From: a virus
Virus record (IMG/VR): IMGVR_UViG_3300009499_000114
Span: 1 to 64,000 of that record
Direction: 5' to 3' (one strand)
DNA: 64,000 nucleotides
Shown here: positions 46,823-56,776 of the stretch, piece after piece
How positions within the stretch are numbered: the first letter of the stretch is position 1
How the letters are laid out: every line of letters begins with the position of its first letter
Made by a program: the position numbers and the translations under genes
The notes under the pieces: model-generated
Database searches by the model: none
What the model saw: only the letters and a program-made list of their open reading frames with translations
Told to the model about the DNA's origin: nothing

Positions 46823-48020
46823 AGCAGAAACCGTGACACTTCTACCTCTTGACGTTTACGCTAATATCATGGGCATCAGTCCTTGCCATTTCAACCAGCT
46901 CCAGGGCCTCAAGGCCCCGCTGGGTGGCGGGTGTGACTCCGTCTGGGACCAAGACGCGCGAGAAGCGCTGGCCTGGACGATGTACCAGGCCGAGCAGATG
47001 ATAGCCGACTTCCTGGGTTTCTGGCCCGCGCTGAAGTTCATCACCGGCGAGTCAGTCCCGTTCAACCTGCCCGGCGTACGCTCCGACTGGCGGAACGCCG
47101 AGATCGAGACCGAATGGAAACACGTGGACTGCTACGGGACCGAACTGTTGACGCTGAAGCAGGCCGACGCTACCGTCGTGTTCCAGGACCTGGACGCCGA
47201 CCCTTTGGAGCGTGAAGAGACGGCGCTCATAGGGACCGCCATGTACGACACGCTATCCGCCTGCGACCATGCCTGCGACGTAGCGGTCTTCTTCCGGGTA
47301 GCGGACGGGGCCGAGGACGCCGCCGACCCGAGGTGGGAGATTCGCCCCATCAAGGTGGACATTGACGGGTCCATCATGTACGTCACTGCCGAGGCATCGC
47401 TTTTCGTACTCCCCAGATTATGGACTCTGACCGAGGCCGACTGTGCATACTCGGACGACAAGAACAAGTGGCAGTGGAACTACGAGCAGGCAAATCTCGT
47501 CAGTAAAGTGGACGTGTATTGCCGCACCTGCTACAAGGAAACGCCCGTGTCCTTGCATTGGGATGGCGTGTGCGACTGCCCCGGCGTGTGCGAGCACTCG
47601 ACGCAGACGGCCTGCGCCTACGCCACGGACTGGAAGCGCGGTTTCTTCGTGCCCAGGCCCGCAACGTGGAACGGGACGACGAACGTGGACGCGGCGGCCA
47701 GATACTCCAGCCCGCCTGAGTCGGTCATCGTCAACTACCGGGCCGGGTATCCCCTGAATTCGCGTACCTGCCGCATGGACCCCAAGCTGGAACGGGCCGT
47801 CGTCAAGCTGACGAATGCGCTGCTGCCTGAGCCTCCGTGCGGATATTGCGACGCGGCGCGCAAGCGTTGGGAGTTGGACCGGATGGACGTGGACCCGTTG
47901 ACACCCGAGGCGGCGGACATGCCCTGGGACCTCTACACCAGGGGTGCACTGGAAGCCTGGCGCATCGTCAAGATGATGGCGATGGGCAGCGGCGGCAAGA
48001 TGGGGAGGGGTTACAGATGA
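46815..48020 (+). CDS. Putative head-tail connector/virion protein (Cys-rich)
   Basis: AEQMIADFLG...VIVNYRAG adaptor-like pattern; start of the tail module. Confidence 0.55.
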   Translation: MARAETVTLLPLDVYANIMGISPCHFNQLQGLKAPLGGGCDSVWDQDAREALAWTMYQAEQMIADFLGFWPALKFITGESVPFNLPGVRSDWRNAEIETEWKHVDCYGTELLTLKQADATVVFQDLDADPLEREETALIGTAMYDTLSACDHACDVAVFFRVADGAEDAADPRWEIRPIKVDIDGSIMYVTAEASLFVLPRLWTLTEADCAYSDDKNKWQWNYEQANLVSKVDVYCRTCYKETPVSLHWDGVCDCPGVCEHSTQTACAYATDWKRGFFVPRPATWNGTTNVDAAARYSSPPESVIVNYRAGYPLNSRTCRMDPKLERAVVKLTNALLPEPPCGYCDAARKRWELDRMDVDPLTPEAADMPWDLYTRGALEAWRIVKMMAMGSGGKMGRGYR

Positions 48021-48277
48021 AAACTGAACCATTGACGACTGATTATGCCAATGCAATGCTATTCTGTGCTTCCTGCGAGCAACAGACCGAGCATCAACTT
48101 ATTACTGTATTCACTGAGCAGGACTGGCTCGAATACTACGCGAGCGAAGGACAAGATTGGGTTCATAATTATGTAGGTACAGGATACACACTATGTCAGA
48201 AATGTGAGATGGAAATAACTTATCCGGTAGATCTTGTGGCTGAATTTAATTTTGAGAGTAACGAGGAGACGGAATGA
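48017..48277 (+). CDS. Hypothetical Zn-binding protein
   Basis: ATGA coupling; CASC...CQKC. Confidence 0.5.
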   Translation: MKTEPLTTDYANAMLFCASCEQQTEHQLITVFTEQDWLEYYASEGQDWVHNYVGTGYTLCQKCEMEITYPVDLVAEFNFESNEETE

Positions 48278-48421
48278 AAATTTTGGTCACAGGCGGCGCG
48301 GGCTACGTGAGCAGCGTGATGGTCGAGGCGCTGGTTGAAGCCGGGGTGCTCTGACTTGGAGACCATCATATCCGACGCCTGGGCCTGGAAGCGGGCATAC
48401 CCCAAGGGGTATAGTTCATGA
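48274..48421 (+). pseudogene. galE: UDP-glucose 4-epimerase remnant (large internal deletion)
   Basis: MKILVTGGAGYVSSVMVEALVEAG joined directly, out of frame, to DLETIISDAWAWKRAYPKGY, matching the GalE N- and C-termini. Confidence 0.8.
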
Positions 48422-48963
48422 AGATAATGTTCCGTGATGTGCGTTCGGGCAAGCGCAAGGCGGCTATCACCGACCTGGCGAGCATTGCCCGCGCTGAACT
48501 GGAAAAGACTCTGGACAAAAAGGTCAAGCCCGAGTTGATCAGACGCCACGAGAAAATTGTAGAAAGCTGGAAAAACAAGCCGGGCTTCGGGGCGCGGAAA
48601 TATCTGAAGCCGGATCGCATAGAGATTGCGGTATTCCCAACCGGCGAGCACAAGAAGATCTGGGAATACGTAGACAGGGGGACAAAACCACATACGATCA
48701 CGCCCAAGAAAGCCCCGTACCTTAAGTTTCAGTGGGGCGGCAAGGGAAGTTACGTGCCCAAGACGCGACCCTTTCCGTATGCCACGGTCGTGAAAGGCGG
48801 CGGTTACGTTAGGAACGCAAAGACAGTACGTATGCTGAAAGTCAAGCATCCCGGCACGGAACCGCGTAATTTCACAAAGCAAATCGCAGAGAACGTCCAA
48901 CCGGATTTCAAAAGGGAGGTTGAGAACGCTTTCCGGCGCGCACAGCGCAGAGTGAGCGAATAG
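48418..48963 (+). CDS. Tail completion/neck protein (HK97 gp10-like)
   Basis: YVDRGTKPHTITPKKAPYLKF...KVKHPGT. Confidence 0.7.
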   Translation: MKIMFRDVRSGKRKAAITDLASIARAELEKTLDKKVKPELIRRHEKIVESWKNKPGFGARKYLKPDRIEIAVFPTGEHKKIWEYVDRGTKPHTITPKKAPYLKFQWGGKGSYVPKTRPFPYATVVKGGGYVRNAKTVRMLKVKHPGTEPRNFTKQIAENVQPDFKREVENAFRRAQRRVSE

Positions 48964-48975
48964 GAGTGACGGTCA

Positions 48976-50481
48976 ATGGCTGATGACTTGGTTCACAGAA
49001 GTCATGGCAATGTCGACGTGCAGGTGGGCGGACCGGGTAACAACTGGGTCTACCTATCAGCCTGCGGGCGACTGAGCGGCCCGACCGTACCCAGAGGCGG
49101 AACGGAAATCCGGTGGTGCCAAGACCCGCACCGGGCCGGAGGGTTCAAGGTAAGCAGCAAAATCAAGATGGCACCCGACCAAGTGACGGGTGACCTGATG
49201 ACGAAACTGGGTAAGATTGATTACCTGGAGGACCTGGGCTGCCCCTTCGGGCTGCGGGCCAGGTACGCGAAATGCAACGAGCGGGAGGACCCCGCTAACT
49301 ACGACCCGTTCATGCTGAACTACTGCCCGGTTGACTTGACTGAGCATAACTACGAAGACCTGGCAGTGACCGACCCAGGCGAGAACGACGAGATCGTCGT
49401 GACTGCGCCCTGGACAGCTTCTTCAGAATACCGAGTCAAGAAGATCAACGCCTCGCGTGTGGGCACCGCGGCCCAGCTCGGGGACGTGGCGATCAACGAT
49501 ATCGAGTACTGCGACCAGGTGACCTGCGGCGGATACTGCGGTGACCGCAGCGACGGGTGCGCGCTGATGTGGGGCGTGACCGATGCCAACACAGCACCCT
49601 ACGCCAACCCGCAGCTCATCAAGGGTATCAAAGACATGCCGTCCGGCGGCATCACCTTTTCTTACGCGCCCATCCTGGGTCTCAACGGTGATGTCGAGGG
49701 CATCGAGTGTGCAGGTAGCCGCCTGATCGTTTCGTCCAACGCCGACAGCGCGATAGCCTACAACGACCACAAAGGCGACCAGAACGAATGGAACGTGATA
49801 TCCATCGCGCCCATGGCACCGACGGCCAATCACAATGCACTCTATGCGCGGACCGCCCGCGAGATATGGCTGGGTGCTGAGAACGGCTACATCTACAAGT
49901 CCGTAAACGGTGGTCTGACGTGGACGCCGGTCCTCCAGGGCGAGATCACGGGCCAAAACGTCAACGCGGTCTACGCCTATGATAAGGATTTGGTATATGC
50001 AGTCTGCAATGCCGGCATCATGCTCAAATCTGAGGATGGTGGCGGGACGTGGGACGATATCACCGAAATCGCGACCACGGGTGCTGACTTGCTGGTTGTG
50101 ACGGTTCCGCCTGACCGCCCCAAGGAAGTCTATATCGGTACCAATGCCGGGCAGATCTTCAAATCAGAAGATGAGGGGGACACTTTTGCGAACGTCCCGT
50201 TCGACGGCGATGGCATTGGCTCGGTAGACGACATTGAATGGTGCGGCCCGTGCGCGGGGGACATCATGTGGTTCCTGCACAACGACGCCGGGCCGAGGGG
50301 CCGCATCCTGCGCGACCTGTCGGGCGGTGCTGGCGGCGCGGATGTCGAGGTCGTGATGGACTACACCAACGTGCTGCCCAACTCTGTCGAACTGAATGCG
50401 CTCGACTGCTGCGGGGTGAATGAAGCCATCGCTGCCGGTGAGTTGTACGGCACTTACCCGGCAGTGATCAAAGCAAGCTAG
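48976..50481 (+). CDS. Putative major tail protein with C-terminal Asp-box (BNR) beta-propeller
   Basis: Position before chaperones and tape measure; SVNGGLTW, SEDGGGTW, SEDEGDTF. Confidence 0.55.
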   Translation: MADDLVHRSHGNVDVQVGGPGNNWVYLSACGRLSGPTVPRGGTEIRWCQDPHRAGGFKVSSKIKMAPDQVTGDLMTKLGKIDYLEDLGCPFGLRARYAKCNEREDPANYDPFMLNYCPVDLTEHNYEDLAVTDPGENDEIVVTAPWTASSEYRVKKINASRVGTAAQLGDVAINDIEYCDQVTCGGYCGDRSDGCALMWGVTDANTAPYANPQLIKGIKDMPSGGITFSYAPILGLNGDVEGIECAGSRLIVSSNADSAIAYNDHKGDQNEWNVISIAPMAPTANHNALYARTAREIWLGAENGYIYKSVNGGLTWTPVLQGEITGQNVNAVYAYDKDLVYAVCNAGIMLKSEDGGGTWDDITEIATTGADLLVVTVPPDRPKEVYIGTNAGQIFKSEDEGDTFANVPFDGDGIGSVDDIEWCGPCAGDIMWFLHNDAGPRGRILRDLSGGAGGADVEVVMDYTNVLPNSVELNALDCCGVNEAIAAGELYGTYPAVIKAS

Positions 50482-50489
50482 AGAGGTAT

Positions 50490-51095
50490 GTGATGACGAA
50501 AGCTAGAGAGCTTTTGAAAGGATACGAAATCCACAAGCTGGGGTCGAGCGGGGTGACGGTCAAGATTCTGCCGTTCCCCGCCCGGCTCTACGAGGACATC
50601 CAGGCCGAGGCGTTAAAAGAGTTCCCGGAAGTGGAAGTCCCGCTCAAGACCATCAAGGTGCTAGACGGCACTGAAGAGGTCGAGAATCCAACTGATCCAG
50701 GCTACGTCGAGCAGAAGAGGGCAAGGGATAGAGAGCGCAAGACCTGGACCAGCGAAAAACTACTGACCTACTTGCTTGACTTCTGCATCCAAGTTGATTT
50801 GAAGAAGTGGGAGAAGGTCATGCGGCGGCTGGAAAAGGCGCTTGTGCCATTCTCTAAGGATTCCGACGAGCGCAGGGTGGAATTCCTGACGCGCTATGCT
50901 ATCGTGACCAAGTCCGAGTACGAGATGCTGCTCATCAAGTCACTAGCCCAGACTTATATTGACAACCCGGAGGTGGCCGCGCGGCTGGAGACTTTTCAAC
51001 GTGAGGTGGAACGGGCAGCCGATATTGACGCTGATGCATCCGGCGCTGATGGAGACGAGCGGCTGGACGTACAGCCCGAGGTTGAGGCAACTTAA
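50490..51095 (+). CDS. Tail assembly chaperone (G-like)
   Basis: Upstream of tape measure; overlapped by a +1-frame ORF. Confidence 0.65.
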   Translation: MMTKARELLKGYEIHKLGSSGVTVKILPFPARLYEDIQAEALKEFPEVEVPLKTIKVLDGTEEVENPTDPGYVEQKRARDRERKTWTSEKLLTYLLDFCIQVDLKKWEKVMRRLEKALVPFSKDSDERRVEFLTRYAIVTKSEYEMLLIKSLAQTYIDNPEVAARLETFQREVERAADIDADASGADGDERLDVQPEVEAT

Positions 51096-51270
51096 GGCGG
51101 CCCGGTGGTGGGGGTGCGACACGCCGGGCACGTTTGACGAACTGAGCAAGTCGGAGAAGTTGGACATCTTGGCCGCCTACGAAGTAGGCTGGCGTGAGAG
51201 TGCCGTGAACAACTACGAGGCGCAGAAGAAAGCCGAGCGGGAAGCCAAGCAGAAAAGCAAGGGGAAGTAA
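50995..51270 (+). CDS. Tail assembly chaperone frameshift extension (T-like)
   Basis: +1-frame ORF without a good start; FNVRWNGQP...FDELSKSEK..ILA. Confidence 0.6.
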   Translation, partial: FNVRWNGQPILTLMHPALMETSGWTYSPRLRQLKAARWWGCDTPGTFDELSKSEKLDILAAYEVGWRESAVNNYEAQKKAEREAKQKSKGK

Positions 51271-51276
51271 ACGAAC

Positions 51277-53748
51277 ATGGCTGATCTGCCGGAAGTCGGC
51301 CTGAAGGCCATCGTCGAGGGAATAGACAAATACCTGAAGGACCTTGAATCCGTCGCGGACGGGTACGACGAAATCGCAGGCGAGACGGCGGAAGTGACCG
51401 CTACCTCGGGTAAGGCGTCGGCTGCGCTGGACAAAGTGGGCGGCGTGGCGGCCGGAATTGCCACAGGTGGTTTGGCACTACTGGCAACGGCAGTGGTGGG
51501 CATCGCGGCCGGCATCGTCGGGATGACCACAGCCGGCGCAAAATGGGCGTCCGAATTCGGCGAAGACATGGCGCTGGTCCAGGCGCAGACAGGCGCAACT
51601 GACGAGGAATTGGCAAAATTCAAGGAGACCGCCGAAGCTGTCTACAAGTTGGGCCTGGGTGAGACTTTTGAGGATGTGGCGCAGGCTATGGCGACTACCG
51701 AGCGTATAACCGGGGCTGAAGGTGAAGCGCTTGAGACTTTGACCAGAGACGGCTTGACCTTGGCTGAAGTATTTGACAAAGACATCAACGAGACGATGCG
51801 GGCCACTAACAAGATGATGGACCAATTAGGGGTTGAGGGCGGAGAAGCCATCGACCTGATCACGGTCGCCCTCCAAGAAACGGGTGATCCGGCTGACGAC
51901 TTGCTAGATACCATCAACGAATATGCTGCTAACTTTGAGGATGCAGGCTACACCGGCAAGACAATGATGAATACGCTTGTTGCCGGTTTAGAAGCCGGGG
52001 CCTGGAACTTCGACAAGGTAGGTGACGCGGTACGTGAATTTAATATCCGGCTAACCGACGGGTCTGAAACTAGCTCAGAAGCTCTTCAGGCTTTGACAGG
52101 CGATAGCGAGGGGTTTCTGGATGAATTAAGTAAAGGGACCATCACCGGTGCAGACGCCATGGGTATCCTAAATACCAAACTGCGCGGAGTAGAAGATCCT
52201 CTAGAGCGTAATAGGTTGGGTGTTGCGCTATATGGCTCTATGTGGGAAGATATGGGGGCTGATACCATTTTGTCTTTGGATACGACGGTTGATGCTTTGG
52301 AAAGGACTGAAGGTGCAACTGAGCAAGCACGGAAAGTAGTGAAAACAGGGCTGCGCCCTGCTTGGGAAGGGCTGAAGCGGACGCTCAAAGTGAGCATGGC
52401 CGAGGGGTTTGAGCCCGTCCTGACGACTCTCGTTGAGAAACTAACTCCCGCCTTTGAGACTTTCGCGACCTGGCTGGAGGGACCGGGGCAGGAAGTCCTG
52501 GAATCGTTCGGCACATTCATCGCCGAGACCTTGGGGCCAGCGCTTGAGAAGTTGGGGCCTTTCTTGGAAGAGACGGTATTGCCAGCCCTGGTCCGATTCG
52601 GCGACTGGTTCACGGAAAAAGGCATCCCAGCCATGAAGGATCTCGGGGAATGGGTAGAAGACAAACTGATGCCGGCGCTGGCCGAGATATGGGATTGGGT
52701 TAAGGTAAACGGACCGAAAATCTGGCGCATCGTCAAGCTAGTGTCAGAAAGAATCGGAGAGATCATCGAAACTGTCAGTTTAATCATTGAGGAGTTCGTC
52801 GAGATCGTGGACACGATCAAGGAAACGTGGGAAGACGCGCTTGAGGCCGTCGAAGATTTCAAGGAGGACTTCAAGGAAGCAGTCCAGGCTATCATGGATG
52901 CGATGATAGAGGCTATCGAAGACGCTGCCGATAAGGTAAAAACTGCCTTTGCCAATACAGTAGGGAAAGCCGTTACCTGGCTAAAAACTGATGTAGCAAG
53001 TGGTGACCTTGCAGAAAGATTGAAAACGATAGGAAGTAGCCTGCTGGACAGGCTGAGCGAAGGCATCGAATCGGTGACGACCCTGGGCGGCGACCTGATA
53101 AAAATCGTGGTCAAAGCTGTGACGACTTTGTTCCAGAGCGCCTACAACTTAGGAGGTGCAATCCGCACCAGTTTAGAAACGGTCGGAAAGAAATTGATTG
53201 ATAATATCATCGCTGGAGTTGGAAAGACGACTGAAGGGGAGGAAAGTTTGGCATCCAGACTCATCGTAGTAGTGACGGATGCAATAATTAGCTTTGCCGC
53301 CTGGGTAAGTAGTAAATATTTTGGTATCGGTAAGCGAATATACGAAGCTGGTAAGGACATCATCGGCGGCATCGTTGAGGGCTTGAAGGCAGCGGCCAGC
53401 AAGGTGTGGGAGACGCTCAAGAAAATCATCGAGGATGCGGTGGGGAACGTCTTCGACTTCTTCGGGGTCGAGTATTCGCCCTCGACGTTGTTCATGGAAG
53501 TCGGCAAGGACATCATGCGCGGCCTGGAGCTGGGCCTAGCGTCTCAGGTCCCCGTCGTCGCGGCCCAGTTGCAGGCGGCGATATCTGCGCCAGCGGCGGT
53601 GGTGGCCCCGGCGATGGGAGCGATGAATACTGTTACGAACTATTACAATAACTACGACATGGGCGGCAACACCTTCGCCGGTACGATGGGCGAGGCCGAG
53701 TTCGATGCGCGGGTGGAGCGTGCCATTCGGCACGGACTCGCCAGATGA
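51277..53748 (+). CDS. Tail tape measure protein
   Basis: VQAQTGAT..; DDLLDTINEY..GAWNFDKVGDAVREF..LYGSMWEDMG; helical W/F repeats; SPSTLF. Confidence 0.93.
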   Translation: MADLPEVGLKAIVEGIDKYLKDLESVADGYDEIAGETAEVTATSGKASAALDKVGGVAAGIATGGLALLATAVVGIAAGIVGMTTAGAKWASEFGEDMALVQAQTGATDEELAKFKETAEAVYKLGLGETFEDVAQAMATTERITGAEGEALETLTRDGLTLAEVFDKDINETMRATNKMMDQLGVEGGEAIDLITVALQETGDPADDLLDTINEYAANFEDAGYTGKTMMNTLVAGLEAGAWNFDKVGDAVREFNIRLTDGSETSSEALQALTGDSEGFLDELSKGTITGADAMGILNTKLRGVEDPLERNRLGVALYGSMWEDMGADTILSLDTTVDALERTEGATEQARKVVKTGLRPAWEGLKRTLKVSMAEGFEPVLTTLVEKLTPAFETFATWLEGPGQEVLESFGTFIAETLGPALEKLGPFLEETVLPALVRFGDWFTEKGIPAMKDLGEWVEDKLMPALAEIWDWVKVNGPKIWRIVKLVSERIGEIIETVSLIIEEFVEIVDTIKETWEDALEAVEDFKEDFKEAVQAIMDAMIEAIEDAADKVKTAFANTVGKAVTWLKTDVASGDLAERLKTIGSSLLDRLSEGIESVTTLGGDLIKIVVKAVTTLFQSAYNLGGAIRTSLETVGKKLIDNIIAGVGKTTEGEESLASRLIVVVTDAIISFAAWVSSKYFGIGKRIYEAGKDIIGGIVEGLKAAASKVWETLKKIIEDAVGNVFDFFGVEYSPSTLFMEVGKDIMRGLELGLASQVPVVAAQLQAAISAPAAVVAPAMGAMNTVTNYYNNYDMGGNTFAGTMGEAEFDARVERAIRHGLAR

Positions 53749-53769
53749 ATACCCTGGGAGGGTATGCAG

Positions 53770-56700
53770 ATGAGAAGAGTCTTGTTTGCAGTACTACTTT
53801 TTTTACTTGTCGCGATCCCGTCGCAGGCGCAGGGGCCGGGCACGACAATTTTTCTGCCGATAGTCTGGAAGGGAGGCGGCATGGCATCTACTTCTGACGC
53901 GATACTTCGCATCACCGACGGAACCCGGACGGTGGACTTGCTGGGATCCGACGGCGGATTCAAATTGGATGACCCGTACTGGCGACCAGCGATAGCCCAG
54001 TTGAAAGGCGGGGGCGATTACGCCGATTCGCGGTTGGCACCCGGGCGTAGGCTGGTGAGTGCTGAGTACAATAATGTGACGGAATCCTTTCCCCTGATCG
54101 CTAGCGGCAAGGACCAGGACAAGGCTATTCGTTCCATTCGCGAGGCTTTACAGCTCATGCGCCAGGCGTCGGATTACTGGACGACACCTTACGAATACGA
54201 TGATGTATGGATTGAGGTACGTCCTGCCTGCGATGATTGCCTGACGGGTTACGCGAGGGCGATAAAGGGGAGCATCCCCGAACTGGATAACGTTTTTGGG
54301 CAGCCTTTCTATTCCGGCATGAACGAAGCGGTCATGCGGGGCCTCACGCTGCTCGTGGAGAGGGAACCGTTCTGGCGAGGGACTGAGCCGGGGGAGATAA
54401 TCGGCCCGCTATATAACCTGCTGAGGAACCCCGACTTTGAGCTGTGGAATTTCGGCGCGGGCGACAGCCAGCCCGATTCGTGGGACGATATAGAAGTAGC
54501 GGGTGTCGTTGGCACGAACAACCGGCAGGACGTGGCCCCGAAGTGGGGCGACCATGCATTGCGGGTGGATGTGACCGGCAGCATAGCGGTCAACGACACG
54601 AAGGGTGTACATCAGACTGTTACAGGGACCAGGAACGGCATGACTTACACCGTGCTGGCCTGGGTGCGGAACGACGGTATCACGAATGGGGTCGGGCGGA
54701 TACTGATCACTTACGGTCTCAAGCAACTGGAACTCTATCGAGGGGCTGTCATGCATGGCTGGACGCTGTACGCGGACACGTTCACGACCGGGGTCGGTGA
54801 CGTGGTAGGGTTCAATTGCGAGATACTAGTGACCGGGGCCAATACAGTAGGCACAGTCTACTTCGACTCGCTGATGCTACTGGAAGGCGACTGGACGACG
54901 GAAGCCCAAAATGGGACATTACCCTATATGTCATCTTCTCACATCGTCAATCACTGGGACCAACCGACCGGGATAATTGATGAGGGAGACATCAACTGGG
55001 TAGATGCCTGGAATGTGCCGGGCGACGTGCCAGCTCTGGTACGATTGGAGGTTTTGAATAACTCCGAACCAACTGATTCCGCAGACCCAGCAGAGATTTA
55101 TAATTCTGTTCGAATTGGACAACGACGCATATGGAACGTCCTGATATTTGATAATTATCACGATCCAGTCGGAGTAGCTGACAATGCCTGTTCTAGTGAT
55201 GACCGGATCAACTTTACTCCAACTGTAGACTGGACCGATATCACAACACAAACTATTGTCGGGGGCGTAACTGCGCTTAGCAACGAAGGACGGTTCCGGG
55301 TGTTTTGCCGAGTCTATGATGCAAAAGCAGGTGGTGATCCGACCCTAGAATTGCGGCTAAGATACTGGCTTGGCACAGAAGCTGTTAATGTCAAAACCTT
55401 GAAAGGCGTAAAGGTTCCAGTGCGTGCTCAGTGGACGGCTGTGAACCTGACACCCAATGCGGCGATGATTTTTGATGCAAAGTTTAATGCAGATCCGCCT
55501 GGCACGTTGGGTTATACTATTCAGGCACGGCGTCCAACAGGAGCTGGCGATGCGAGGCTTGACCACTGTCTCGCTCTTCCGACTGACGGCGGCTATTTCC
55601 AGGCTATTATTGATCCTGCTCTCAGATATCAAAATTCATTGGTTCTTGATAGTACTGCTTCCATCACTATAGCTGCTGAGAGTCTTCGGTCTGGTTGGAC
55701 TCGGATTTTTGCTCCGGCTGGCGGTCTTAATGCGAGAGCTCTCAAATTCTTCAAGGGTCATTTGTACGTCTCCATTGAGACTGCCGCGTTGCCTATGATG
55801 ATCTACCGCTACTCAAATAATGTGTTTACCCCCGTACTCACATCAGCCATCGCGAATGGCTATTGTGACGAAATGGAAATTTATCATGAAAAACTTTATG
55901 TATCTCAGCATGATCTAGGGGGAGGAGGACAAGCACGAATCTATTCAACATCAGATGGCATTTCTTGGACACAAGAAGTGACTTTGGGTGTAGAACAGAT
56001 TTTTGGACTGAAATCCTTTGACGGATATCTGTGGATAAGTGCTTTTGATTTAGCAGGGCTAACTGGTTACATCTACTCCTGGGATGGTACTGCTTTAGTT
56101 CAGCGTTATACTCGTGCAGGAGCGGGTAACACATTAACTGTTTGTAGCAATGCGTTGTATGGTAGTATTGGATCAGATGTTATAGAATATTCACCGGTGA
56201 CCGGGATTTGGCAAATCATTGGTAGTACTACATTTCTAGCACGTACCTTGGGAACATTTGAGGGAAAAGTATACGTCGGTGGTGGACCCTGGTGGTCAGA
56301 ACCGCTTTGGTCTTACGACGGTACTGTCTTGCACCAAGTTTTTAATACACCGGAAATTCGAGATTGGTATGCGCTTCAAGAATACAACGGAAGATTTTAC
56401 GCGGGAGGTGAGGGCGGGGGTACTGCACCTGTTTTTGTTACTGATGACGGTGTGACTTGGACCGCGGTTTATGATCCATCTGGCTTTACTACACAAGATT
56501 TTACTGTAGGTGAAGGGTTACTTTACATGGCAGCGGGTTTTGGAGGGGCAGAAGTCTACGTCTATACTGAGGACGCAGTACGATATTCAATACCGGATTT
56601 TCAGACATCTGGAGGCTTCCCGACTGCACCCAACCGCGACTTGCCAAATATCCCGCACAGACATCGGTGGGTGTTCAGCTACGACAGGGAGGACTTCGTC

Positions 56701-56775
56701 AACGCCAAGGACGACGCGGCATTAGTTGGAATTGGGTATGTACCACGATATTTATCTTTGAGAGGTCACGACTAA
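53770..56775 (+). CDS. Tail tip / receptor-binding protein (distal-tail-like N-terminus, CBM-like module, beta-propeller)
   Basis: Follows tape measure; NLLRNPDFE...YFDSLML carbohydrate-binding-like module; seven LxxF.G.LY-type blades. Confidence 0.7.
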   Translation: MRRVLFAVLLFLLVAIPSQAQGPGTTIFLPIVWKGGGMASTSDAILRITDGTRTVDLLGSDGGFKLDDPYWRPAIAQLKGGGDYADSRLAPGRRLVSAEYNNVTESFPLIASGKDQDKAIRSIREALQLMRQASDYWTTPYEYDDVWIEVRPACDDCLTGYARAIKGSIPELDNVFGQPFYSGMNEAVMRGLTLLVEREPFWRGTEPGEIIGPLYNLLRNPDFELWNFGAGDSQPDSWDDIEVAGVVGTNNRQDVAPKWGDHALRVDVTGSIAVNDTKGVHQTVTGTRNGMTYTVLAWVRNDGITNGVGRILITYGLKQLELYRGAVMHGWTLYADTFTTGVGDVVGFNCEILVTGANTVGTVYFDSLMLLEGDWTTEAQNGTLPYMSSSHIVNHWDQPTGIIDEGDINWVDAWNVPGDVPALVRLEVLNNSEPTDSADPAEIYNSVRIGQRRIWNVLIFDNYHDPVGVADNACSSDDRINFTPTVDWTDITTQTIVGGVTALSNEGRFRVFCRVYDAKAGGDPTLELRLRYWLGTEAVNVKTLKGVKVPVRAQWTAVNLTPNAAMIFDAKFNADPPGTLGYTIQARRPTGAGDARLDHCLALPTDGGYFQAIIDPALRYQNSLVLDSTASITIAAESLRSGWTRIFAPAGGLNARALKFFKGHLYVSIETAALPMMIYRYSNNVFTPVLTSAIANGYCDEMEIYHEKLYVSQHDLGGGGQARIYSTSDGISWTQEVTLGVEQIFGLKSFDGYLWISAFDLAGLTGYIYSWDGTALVQRYTRAGAGNTLTVCSNALYGSIGSDVIEYSPVTGIWQIIGSTTFLARTLGTFEGKVYVGGGPWWSEPLWSYDGTVLHQVFNTPEIRDWYALQEYNGRFYAGGEGGGTAPVFVTDDGVTWTAVYDPSGFTTQDFTVGEGLLYMAAGFGGAEVYVYTEDAVRYSIPDFQTSGGFPTAPNRDLPNIPHRHRWVFSYDREDFVNAKDDAALVGIGYVPRYLSLRGHD

Positions 56776-56776
56776 C

